From positions 4,384,001-4,448,000 of the forward strand of contig OZ242195.1 of assembly GCA_965205975.1 (NCBI GenBank): 64,000 bases of DNA, in the 5' to 3' direction. Each line of letters starts with the position of its first letter. Position 1 is the stretch's first letter. Source of the stretch: Candidatus Latescibacterota bacterium (lineage in GTDB: Bacteria > Latescibacterota > UBA2968). Shown piece by piece: positions 17,932-26,788 of the stretch. Below the pieces are notes generated by a model. The model saw only the letters and a list, made by a program, of their open reading frames with translations, was not told the origin of the DNA and made no database searches. Position numbers and translations under genes: made by a program.

Positions 17932-20900
17932 ATGATCAATTTACTTAATCGAAAAGGTATCTGGCGGACTTATTCTATGGCCGATGGCCTGTCCGGAATG
18001 CGCGTCGAACACATTGCAGAAGACAGCGAGGGTTGTATCTGGTTCGCCACATGGGATAATGGCGTCAGTCGCTTCGATGGGAACGAATTCCAGAATTTTA
18101 CCAAACAGGATGGTCTTATTGATGATTGTATTATTTTATTGCACAAGACAGTCAGAATCGCTTATGGTTTGGTACCGCAAATGGCGTCTGCTGGTACGAC
18201 GGAGCGGATTTCCACCATTTGAAGGGCGATGGCATTGCAGACCGAGATGTGCGGTGCATCTACGAAGATAATGAGGGCCGTGTATGGTGCTGTGGTACCC
18301 GTACTCTGGGGTATTGCGATGGCACTGCTTTCCACGACATGATTCCGCACTACCTTCAGCACTACAAGCGGCCTCCTTCTCCTAAGTGGCGTCAATGTTG
18401 GGGTATCACTCAGGATTCGCAAGATCACCTGTGGTTTGGCTTCAACTACCTCATCCGCTTTGATGGTGAATCCTTCCATCGCTATGAGAAGAAAGACGGT
18501 TTTCCCCAGGATGGGACCGCATATATGGTAGATACGGACCATACCGGCAAGGTGTGGATTGGTCGGTACGGAAATCGAGATGAACTCTGGTGCTATGCCG
18601 ATGGCACCTTCGAGTCTGTTCAGGTAGATTTAGGTGGTCCACTGCGTAAAATACAGTGTGACCGTGAAGGGCGGATGTGGTTTAGCACTTCGGAAGGGGG
18701 ATTGTATCAGGACAGTGATGGGTTTAGCAGGTTTACCGTTGCTGATGGGCTACCCCATCCCGCAGTCAAATCCGTGCTCCAGGATCGCGATCATCAGTTC
18801 TGGTTTGCCACCTGGGGCGGCGTCGGTCTTTACGATGCACATAGTATCAGCGTTTTTGACCTCGGTAAGACTCTTCCCAAAGACAAAGAGCCGGTCGAGA
18901 TCTCGCAGATCGTGCAAGACCGGCAGGGTGATATATGGGTCGGGTGTGTGTCACCCATTCTCACCTCCCTGAACAAAAGCGTCGCCCGCTTTGATGGCGA
19001 GCACTTTGCTTTTGTAGGCGCCGAGCAAGGCTTTGATATCGACAATTGCCTCTCTATGCACGAGGATCACGAGGGGTATCTGTGGTTTGGCGGTCTCAAC
19101 GGCCTGTTCCGCTACGATGGACAAGCGTTCAAAAAGATGAAAATAGCTGCGGGTTCAGGCGACAGGAGTATCAGTGCAATTGCCCAGGATTCGCAAGGTC
19201 AATTCCTTTTTGGCTATTGGGAAGAGGGCATCTATAAAACCGAATTGAAAAAAAAAGAGCTTTCGGGCAGTCCATTAAAGCTCATTTACCGGCGGGGTGA
19301 GGCATTCCAAACCATTTTTGTAGAGGAAAAAAAGAAAGATGTCTTAGACCGCATTGGCACTGTGGTTGTCGGACGTAACAGCGGGATCTATTTTCATCTA
19401 TCTGAAAAAAAAATTTCAGATACCTACAAGGGCTTCGCGCGCTGGCATCCCGAAGATGGACTTAAATTTTATGGCATTGAAGATGGGCTAATTGACGACA
19501 GGATCACAGATCTTATAGAAGACCACCTGGAGAACCTGTGGATCGCTACTCTGGGTGGTCTTTGTCGTTTTGATGGCAGCACCTTCCAGACCTTCACAAC
19601 GGAAGACGGCTTGCCGAGCAACCGTATCCGTTGCTTGTTCGAGGATCGACAAGGGCATCTCTGGCTCGGCACAGATGGGGGTGTGGCTCACTTTGATGGT
19701 CAGCTTTTTCAGACCATCAATTCGCCGCACATAGGACCGGTTTCTCAGATACTTGAAGATCGCGATGGCAACTTCTGGTTTGGTACTATGCTGGGTTCTA
19801 TCATACGCTACCGGCCGCGACGAGTTCCACCCCGGATTCGTCTGCTCCAGGTGATTGCTGATCGGGTCCATGAGAACTCGGAGGAAGTCATCGTATCTAA
19901 GACAGACCAGAATGTGATTTTTGAGTACAGGGGCCTGAGTTTTTCCACCCATCCCAGCGACATGCTCTATATCTACCGCCTGAAGGGATACGACTCTGAC
20001 TGGCAACCAGCGACTCAAAAAATGCGGACCTATTACCGGGACCTGCCGCCGGGAGACTACACGTTTCAGATCAGAGCTATTGATCGCGACCTCAATTACT
20101 CAGAGATAGCACAGGTACAACTCCTGGTAGAGCCAGATCCGCGTATTGAAGCTCTGACTACTCCAATTAGCGGTCTTAGAGATAACGAGTTTATCGGTCA
20201 GAGCAAGGCTTTGCAACAGTTTCAAACCAAACTCATAGAGGTGGCATCCACTGATATGACGGTGCTATTTCTGGGTGAGACGGGTGTGGGCAAGGGACTG
20301 GTTGCACGGGTGCTACACGAACACAGTGCCCATAGCGATGGGCCTTTTATACAGGTCAACTGCGGTGCATTGCCTGAAACGCTGATAGATAGTGAACTTT
20401 TTGGTCACGAAAAAGGGGCTTTTACCAGCGCAGTGTCTCGCAGGCTGGGCAAGATAGAACTGGCCAGGGGTGGCACACTCTTTTTAGATGAAGTCGGAGA
20501 TATGACTCTGGCAACACAGGCCAGAATGTTGCGCTTGCTGGAAGAGGGCACTTTTGAGCGCGTTGGGGGGAGCGAGATACTGACGGCACAGACGCGGATT
20601 GTGGCAGCGACCAATCGCGACTTGAAGGATATGGTCAAGGAAGGTGAGTTTCGCGAGGACCTCTATTATCGCATCTATGTCTTTCCGCTCTATTTGCCAC
20701 CTTTGCGCGAGCGCAAGGAGGATATACCGCACCTATCTGAGTTTTTCAAGACTCGCATAGCGAAGCATTTGGGCAAGCAAATTGACCCTTTGACACCAGA
20801 GGTTATCGCGGTGCTACAAACCTGCGATTGGTCTGGGAATGTGCGGGAGTTGAAGCATATAATGCAGCGTGCTGTAATTGCGTGTCGCGGATCTCAAATT

Positions 20901-21137
20901 GAAGTGGGTGATCTGGGACTGTATGATTCTCATATCGCTCTTGACCTTGAGATTAATACCATAGATCAAGCCCGCGAAGTCGTGCCTTTGGAGGATTTTG
21001 AACGCCGCTATATCCTCAAAGTGCTCAAAATCACCGATTGGCGGGTAAGCGGTCCTCGGGGCGCAGCAGTTCTGCTGAGATTACCTCCTTCTACTCTGTA
21101 TAGCAAAATCAAAAAATTGGGGATCAAACGTCCCTAA
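17932..21137 (+). pseudogene. sigma-54 dependent activator with N-terminal two-component-regulator propeller repeats and Y_Y_Y domain, frameshifted near 18130
   Basis: ORF 17932 (DGLSG..IAEDSEG.IWFATW) continues in ORF 18126 (YFIAQDSQNRLWFGT). Y_Y_Y motif YIYRLKGYD..W; AAA+ motifs GETGVGK, ELFGHEKGAFTSA, LFLDEVG, FREDLYYR; C-terminal HTH. One base is missing at the junction. Confidence 0.85.
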
Positions 21138-21160
21138 ATAGTGTATTGATCATTTTTGAT

Positions 21161-21250
21161 AATAGCGATATATCGCTATTTTTATATAACCTGTTGCAAT
21201 AAAAAAATTTATGCATCATTTCGGTTGGTTTTTTATGATATATCGTGAAA
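21161..21250. promoter_or_regulatory. candidate upstream activator sequences
   Basis: Perfect 20-bp palindrome AATAGCGATATATCGCTATT (21161-21180) and a second GATATATC-core imperfect palindrome (21231-21250), 70 bp apart. Confidence 0.6.
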
Positions 21251-21286
21251 ATTATGAAATTCAAAGAAATTCAAAATATTCAATAA

Positions 21287-21299
21287 AATCAATATGTTA
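21287..21299 (+). promoter_or_regulatory. IHF binding site
   Basis: AATCAATATGTTA matches WATCAANNNNTTR, preceded by an A/T tract, between the candidate UAS and the sigma-54 promoter. Confidence 0.7.
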
Positions 21300-21315
21300 T
21301 ATAAATAATTAGAGT

Positions 21316-21331
21316 TGGCACGGATATTGCT
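21316..21331 (+). promoter_or_regulatory. sigma-54 (-24/-12) promoter
   Basis: TGGCACGGATATTGCT matches TGGCAC-N5-TTGCW with exact GG/GC spacing. Confidence 0.88.
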
Positions 21332-21346
21332 CTTCTTAGATAGTCT

Positions 21347-21446
21347 GTAGTAGCTATGCCAGTTAATCCATCTACACTATCTCAGGAGAGAGATAAGTAG
21401 TAGCTATGCCAGTTAATCCATCTACACTATCTCAGGAGAGAGATAA
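21347..21446 (+). repeat. exact 50-bp tandem duplication in the 5' leader
   Basis: GTAGTAGCTATGCCAGTTAATCCATCTACACTATCTCAGGAGAGAGATAA at 21347-21396 and 21397-21446. Confidence 0.95.
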
Positions 21447-21447
21447 T

Positions 21448-24225
21448 ATGCATAAAAAGCTTTTCATCTGTATGCTCTTCACTTTTCTCGCATTGTCCGC
21501 CCCTCCAATTCTTGCCCAGCACTCGGTGGCGCGGCAGTGGAATGAAGTCCTTTTGACGGCGATTAGCAATGATAAAGCCTTTCCCACAATCCAGGCTCGT
21601 AATCTTTTTCACACCAGTATAGCACTGTACGATGCATGGGCAGTGTACGGCGATGGACCCGAGCAGACTTATTTGCTGGGTAAAACAGTCAATGGTTTTG
21701 CTGTTCCCTTTGATGGTGTGCCCCGTCCCGACGATTTAGAGGAGGCCCGCCACGAGGCCATGAGCTATGCGGCTTATCGACTCATAGAACACCGCTTTGC
21801 CGATTCGCCCGGTGCGAGGACGACGTTCAATCGCATCGGCACGCTTATGCTACAACTGGGATACGATCCGAATTTCACCTCCACAGACTACGCCAGCGGC
21901 AACCCCGCGGCGCTGGGCAACTATATCGCCCGGCAATTGATTCAGTTCGGCTTGCAGGACGGGGCCAACGAGCAAGGCGATTACCGCAGTCGCTATTATA
22001 CACCGCTCAATCCGTCTTTAAACCCCTCCCTCCCGGGACATAACGGTCTTGTTGATCCCAATTTCTGGCAGCCTCTCATCGTTGGGGAATACGACGATTT
22101 TCTCACGCCAGAATGGGGTTCCATGATGCCCTTTGCCCTCGGCGAAGAGGACATGACGATGTACCAGCGGGACGGTGTCAACTATCCGGTTTTCCACGAT
22201 CCGGGACCGCCGCCCTGTATAGACTTCCAACAACAAAACAGTGAGCGCGCTGGACAGAGAATGGCGTCCGAAGAGTATCAATGGGGCTTTGCTCTCGTCG
22301 CGCTGTGGTCGTCTCATCTCGACCCGGCTGATGGCGTTCTGTGGAATATTTCGCCCGGTGCCATCGGCAATGCGCCCGCATTGCCCCAGACCTTGAGCGA
22401 GTATAAGGCGTTCTACAATTTTTTTGATGGCGGTGATGCCAGCCAGGGGCATCCGGTTAATCCCCACACCGGACAGCCCTATGAAGACCAGTGGGTGCCG
22501 CGTGCCGACTACGCCCGGGTGCTGGCTGAATTTTGGGCCGATGGTCCAGATACCGAGACGCCGCCGGGTCACTGGTTCAGTATTCTCAACTATGTCAGTG
22601 ACCATTCGCTTTTTGAGAAGCGTTTTAAGGGACAGGGACCGATTCTCGACGATCTGGCATGGGATGTGAAGGCATACTTATCCCTGGGGGGTGCCATGCA
22701 CGATGCCGCGGTGAGTGCGTGGAGCATAAAGTCCTGGTACGATTATGTCCGTCCCATTTCAGCCGTTCGCTGGCTGGCTGATCGTGGTCAGAGCAGCGAT
22801 CCCGACCTGCCGCGCTATGACCCGGCTGGTCTGCCGCTCGTCGATGGCTCTATCGAGTTGGTCAAAGCCAGCGATCCCCTCGCTGGCACATACGGCGAGC
22901 ATATTGGCAAAATCAAATTGAAGGCCTGGCGCGGTCCGGATTATGTCACGGATACGGCGACTGATATCGCCGGCGTGGGCTGGGTATTGGCCGAGAACTG
23001 GTGGCCGTATCAGCGGTCCAATTTTGTGACGCCGCCTTTTGCTGGCTATGTTTCGGGGCATTCGGTTTTTTCCAATGCGGCTGCCAGAGTTTTGACTTTG
23101 CTCACTGGGGATCCGTTTTTTCCAGGGGGAATGGGCGAGTTTCGCATCCAGCGCAATCGCTTTCTCGTTTTTGAGGAAGGTCCCAGTGTGGATGTGGTGC
23201 TGCAATGGGCTACGTATCAGGACGCTTCTGATCAGAGTTCTCTCTCGCGTCTGTGGGGCGGCATCCATCCACCTGTGGATGATATTCCTGCCCGTATCAT
23301 CGGTGTCCAGGTTGGCGAGGATGCTTTTGCACTGTCTGAAGCGTATTTTGGTCAGCCACTACCCTGGGCACCTGATGCGCCTGTGGTGACGGGGTCATCG
23401 GCGATTAGTGTGACGGTGAATTGGGAGGCGCTTCCCACGGCGATTATGGGCTATGATTTGCGCTACCGACAGGGCGATATCCTGGTCTTTACGGACGGTC
23501 CTCAGGATGTGACCGGGACGAGTGCGACTATCACCGGGCTAAGGCCCAATACCGCTTATGTGGTACAGGTGCGGGGAAGCAATGCGACAGGCGATGGCGA
23601 TTGGTCGGACGTGGGTATCGGTAAGACGGCCACGCCGTCCGTTTCTCTGGATGTGGATGACGATGAAGCAGATCAGTCTCTGTCTGTTCTCGATGTTTTT
23701 CCCGGTCGGGTTTTCTCTATCCAGATTTTTGGTACGTATTTTCAAGCGATAGATAATTTTTCACTGCGTTTTGAGTACGATGCGGCTCAGGTGGTTTATG
23801 AGGGGTTTAGCAGGGGTAGTGTATCTGGCACCTCGGCCCTCCCCGGAAGGGGTTTTGTGAGTATAGGAATGACGTTGTCGAAAGAAAATCCAGTGGTTGA
23901 TGGCAGTTTGATGGGCACCATTCGCTTTCGCACCACAGAGGCATTTTCAGGCACAGATATACGTCTGATGCGGGTGAGCGTTGTGGGAGAGGAATACGCC
24001 GAGGTACTACCCGTGGATCTGAATATTGCCCTGGGCAAGGCTACTCCTCCTTCTCCGGACTTTGACGGCAATGGGATTGTGGATAGCTCCGACTATGCGC
24101 TTTTTTATAATGCGTTTGGTGCCCGGGTGGGTCAAGCAGGGTATGAGGAAAAATACGATCTGGATGGCGATGGCGAGATTGGAATTTCCGATTTTCTGAT
24201 CTTTGTGGAGCACTTCGGCGGATAG
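21448..24225 (+). CDS. secreted vanadium-dependent haloperoxidase family protein with FN3, cohesin-like and dockerin/EF-hand-like domains
   Basis: Signal peptide MHKKLFIC...ILAQ; motifs K-x6-RP (KSWYDYVRP), PFAGYVSGHS, R-x5-H (SRLWGGIH); FN3 (ITGLRPNTAYVVQVR); C-terminal DFDGNGIVD..D and DLDGDGEIG.SDF loops. Confidence 0.85.
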   Translation: MHKKLFICMLFTFLALSAPPILAQHSVARQWNEVLLTAISNDKAFPTIQARNLFHTSIALYDAWAVYGDGPEQTYLLGKTVNGFAVPFDGVPRPDDLEEARHEAMSYAAYRLIEHRFADSPGARTTFNRIGTLMLQLGYDPNFTSTDYASGNPAALGNYIARQLIQFGLQDGANEQGDYRSRYYTPLNPSLNPSLPGHNGLVDPNFWQPLIVGEYDDFLTPEWGSMMPFALGEEDMTMYQRDGVNYPVFHDPGPPPCIDFQQQNSERAGQRMASEEYQWGFALVALWSSHLDPADGVLWNISPGAIGNAPALPQTLSEYKAFYNFFDGGDASQGHPVNPHTGQPYEDQWVPRADYARVLAEFWADGPDTETPPGHWFSILNYVSDHSLFEKRFKGQGPILDDLAWDVKAYLSLGGAMHDAAVSAWSIKSWYDYVRPISAVRWLADRGQSSDPDLPRYDPAGLPLVDGSIELVKASDPLAGTYGEHIGKIKLKAWRGPDYVTDTATDIAGVGWVLAENWWPYQRSNFVTPPFAGYVSGHSVFSNAAARVLTLLTGDPFFPGGMGEFRIQRNRFLVFEEGPSVDVVLQWATYQDASDQSSLSRLWGGIHPPVDDIPARIIGVQVGEDAFALSEAYFGQPLPWAPDAPVVTGSSAISVTVNWEALPTAIMGYDLRYRQGDILVFTDGPQDVTGTSATITGLRPNTAYVVQVRGSNATGDGDWSDVGIGKTATPSVSLDVDDDEADQSLSVLDVFPGRVFSIQIFGTYFQAIDNFSLRFEYDAAQVVYEGFSRGSVSGTSALPGRGFVSIGMTLSKENPVVDGSLMGTIRFRTTEAFSGTDIRLMRVSVVGEEYAEVLPVDLNIALGKATPPSPDFDGNGIVDSSDYALFYNAFGARVGQAGYEEKYDLDGDGEIGISDFLIFVEHFGG

Positions 24226-24303
24226 TGAATCTATTCTATCTGAAAATAAAAAAAGAAACACCGAGTTTATATCTGTTTAATCTTTCGGAAATAATCAGAC
24301 TGT

Positions 24304-24351
24304 AATTTTTACCCCGTCGCGATCATTGGGTATTGCGATGGGGTAAAAATT
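24304..24351. terminator. long hairpin, probable terminator between the haloperoxidase gene and urtA
   Basis: 20-bp stem AATTTTTACCCCGTCGCGAT / ATTGCGATGGGGTAAAAATT with two G-T pairs. Confidence 0.5.
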
Positions 24352-24474
24352 TATATGCACATTGGGTATTGCCTTGTTGAAAGGAGGCTTTTTGTTGGCT
24401 AACCTATTCGTTAAGAAGATTTTGTTTTTTCGAGGAATCACAAACCATACACACTGGATGGAGGTATCATACGT

Positions 24475-25740
24475 ATGAAAAAGTTTTTGAATATTTTGTT
24501 TGCCGCTGCACTGCTATGCACTACAGGTCTTTCTGTTCAGGCAGAGGAAACGGTTAAGCTCGGCGTGTTGCACTCTCTGAGTGGGACCATGGCGATCTCT
24601 GAGGTTTCACTGCGCGATGTCGTGCTTATGGCTGTTGGAGAGATCAATGCCAGTGGCGGTGTGCTGGGTAAGAAGATTGAACCCGTGGTTGTCGATCCGG
24701 CATCGGACTGGGACCTGTTTGCCGAGAAGGCCAAATCGTTGCTTCGGGAAGAGAAGGTCGCCGTGACTTTTGGTTGCTGGACTTCGGTTTCGCGCAAGTC
24801 TGTTTTGCCGGTTTTTGAAGAGAGCAATGGTTTGCTCTTTTATCCTGTTCAATACGAAGGGGAGGAGTGTTCTCGGAATATTATTTATACCGGTGCTACG
24901 CCCAACCAGCAGTTGATTCCCGCTGCGGAATATCTGATGAGTGAAGAAGGGGGCAGTTATAAGAAGTTTTATCTGCTGGGTACGGACTATGTTTTTCCGC
25001 GTACCGCGAATAAGATTCTTCGCGCTTTCTTGCTGCACAAGGGTGTGCCCGAAGAAAATATTATTGAAGAATATACGCCTTTTCACCATCAGGACTATCA
25101 GACCATAGTTCAGAAGATCAAGCGCTTTGCCGCCAATGGCGATGCGGCTGTTTTATCTACTATTAATGGCGATTCCAATGTTCCGTTCTATAAGGAATTT
25201 GCCAACCAGGGTCTCACATCGGCGATGTGCCCGATTATGGCGTTTTCTGTTGCTGAAGATGAATTGCGTTCGATGGATACGGAGTTTCTCGTCGGTCATC
25301 TGGCTGCCTGGAATTACTTCCAATCTATTCCCGTTGCGGAAAATCGCGCGTTTGTGAAGAAGTTTAAGGATTATTGCGCGGCAAACGGGTTGCCCGGTGG
25401 TGCCAAGCGGGTTACCGATGATCCCATCGTGTGGTCTTATGTGGGTGTTTATCTCTGGAAAGCCGCAGTGGAGAAAGCCGGTTCTTTTGATGTCGATGCC
25501 GTGCGTCCTGCGCTTTATGGCCTCAAATTTGACGGTCCAGGTGGTACGGTGATGATGGATCCGGTGAATCACCATTTGCACAAGCCTGTGCTGATTGGCG
25601 AGATCCGCAAGAACGGTCAATTCAAGATTGTATATGAGACCGATGGCCTCGTCGCTCCCGATCCCTGGGACGATATCACGAGTGCGGACAAAGATTGCGA
25701 TCATGTCAAGCACATGGGAACCTATACTCTCAAACAGTAG
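24475..25740 (+). CDS. urtA: urea ABC transporter substrate-binding protein
   Basis: KLGVLHSLSGTMAISE, FGCWTSVSRKSVLPVFE, FYPVQYEG, NGDSNVPFYKE. Confidence 0.95.
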   Translation: MKKFLNILFAAALLCTTGLSVQAEETVKLGVLHSLSGTMAISEVSLRDVVLMAVGEINASGGVLGKKIEPVVVDPASDWDLFAEKAKSLLREEKVAVTFGCWTSVSRKSVLPVFEESNGLLFYPVQYEGEECSRNIIYTGATPNQQLIPAAEYLMSEEGGSYKKFYLLGTDYVFPRTANKILRAFLLHKGVPEENIIEEYTPFHHQDYQTIVQKIKRFAANGDAAVLSTINGDSNVPFYKEFANQGLTSAMCPIMAFSVAEDELRSMDTEFLVGHLAAWNYFQSIPVAENRAFVKKFKDYCAANGLPGGAKRVTDDPIVWSYVGVYLWKAAVEKAGSFDVDAVRPALYGLKFDGPGGTVMMDPVNHHLHKPVLIGEIRKNGQFKIVYETDGLVAPDPWDDITSADKDCDHVKHMGTYTLKQ

Positions 25741-25789
25741 TGAATAGGGCGGAGCAATTCGATTGCTCTGCCCTTAAAAGGAGAAAAAA

Positions 25790-26689
25790 ATGAAAAAATT
25801 GTTGCTGCTTCTCACGATCCTGGCCTTTTCCGCCACTTCCTCATTCGCTCAGATCAAAATTACAGATAACCTCACGGTTACGGGATTTTTCGATATGTCG
25901 TCAACGTATGACACGGAATCCAAATCCAATAATCTGTCTTTTGATCAGTTTGAAGTTGATTTGCTCTACAGTTATGGACACGGGCTGTCAGCCCAGGCCG
26001 ATATCAATAGCTTGAGTGGTGGCTCTGTAGATCTCGAACAGGCTTTTGTGACTTATAAAGCACCGAATGGATTCAGTATTACGGGCGGTAAGTTTCTGAG
26101 TTGTTCGGGTTGGGAGACTGCAGAACCCACGGGTTTGTATCAATATTCTTATTCTGCTACACTCGTCTATGGTGGTTATCAAAATGGTGCCGCTGTGGGG
26201 TTTGGCAATGGCAAAGTCGGCTTTTTTGGCTCTGTTGTCTCCAGCGTGTGGGATGGGTCCGATACCAGTTTTGATGATCTGGGTTTTGAAGCACAGGTTG
26301 CTTTTACACCTGTTGAAGCATTCACGGCTAAGGTGGCGTACCTCTGGGAAGATATGGGTGGTTTTGAACAATCGCTTCTCAATGGTTGGGCAATGTATGC
26401 CACAGGTCCTGTGATACTGGCTGCGGAATACAACTATCTGGCGAACTGGGGAGAAAGTGGCAATAGTGGCTATGGTTGGATTTTAATGGGTAATATGGCT
26501 TTGTCCGACAAGGTTGGTGCCACGGTGCGCTACAGTGGTCTGGATACAGATGCCGATGGAAAGTTTACGGAGATTACCTTTAGTCCCAGCTATACGATTA
26601 CCGATAACTGGGGTGTGTTGGCCGAATTGCGCCGCGATATTGATTCAGAAGTGACCCTGTTTGCCTTTGAATCTATTTTTACGTTTTAA
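25790..26689 (+). CDS. outer-membrane beta-barrel protein (putative porin)
   Basis: Signal peptide, amphipathic beta strands, LEQAFVTY...GGKFLS..GWE motif, terminal Phe (ESIFTF). Confidence 0.75.
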   Translation: MKKLLLLLTILAFSATSSFAQIKITDNLTVTGFFDMSSTYDTESKSNNLSFDQFEVDLLYSYGHGLSAQADINSLSGGSVDLEQAFVTYKAPNGFSITGGKFLSCSGWETAEPTGLYQYSYSATLVYGGYQNGAAVGFGNGKVGFFGSVVSSVWDGSDTSFDDLGFEAQVAFTPVEAFTAKVAYLWEDMGGFEQSLLNGWAMYATGPVILAAEYNYLANWGESGNSGYGWILMGNMALSDKVGATVRYSGLDTDADGKFTEITFSPSYTITDNWGVLAELRRDIDSEVTLFAFESIFTF

Positions 26690-26788
26690 CTTAAAAAAAT
26701 CCCCCGCAAAAGAGGGATGCTGCTCTCCTCTGGTCTCTCCCAGGAAGGTGGGCGGTGTCTCTCGCTGTGGAGATGCTGACTTAAACGC

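Noticed and set aside
19247..19256. Poly-A tract in the activator gene as a phase-variation site
   Set aside because: Currently in frame within a Lys-rich stretch; no evidence of variation without reads.
21347..21446. Possible CRISPR array
   Set aside because: Only two adjacent identical 50-mers, with no spacer and no cas genes.
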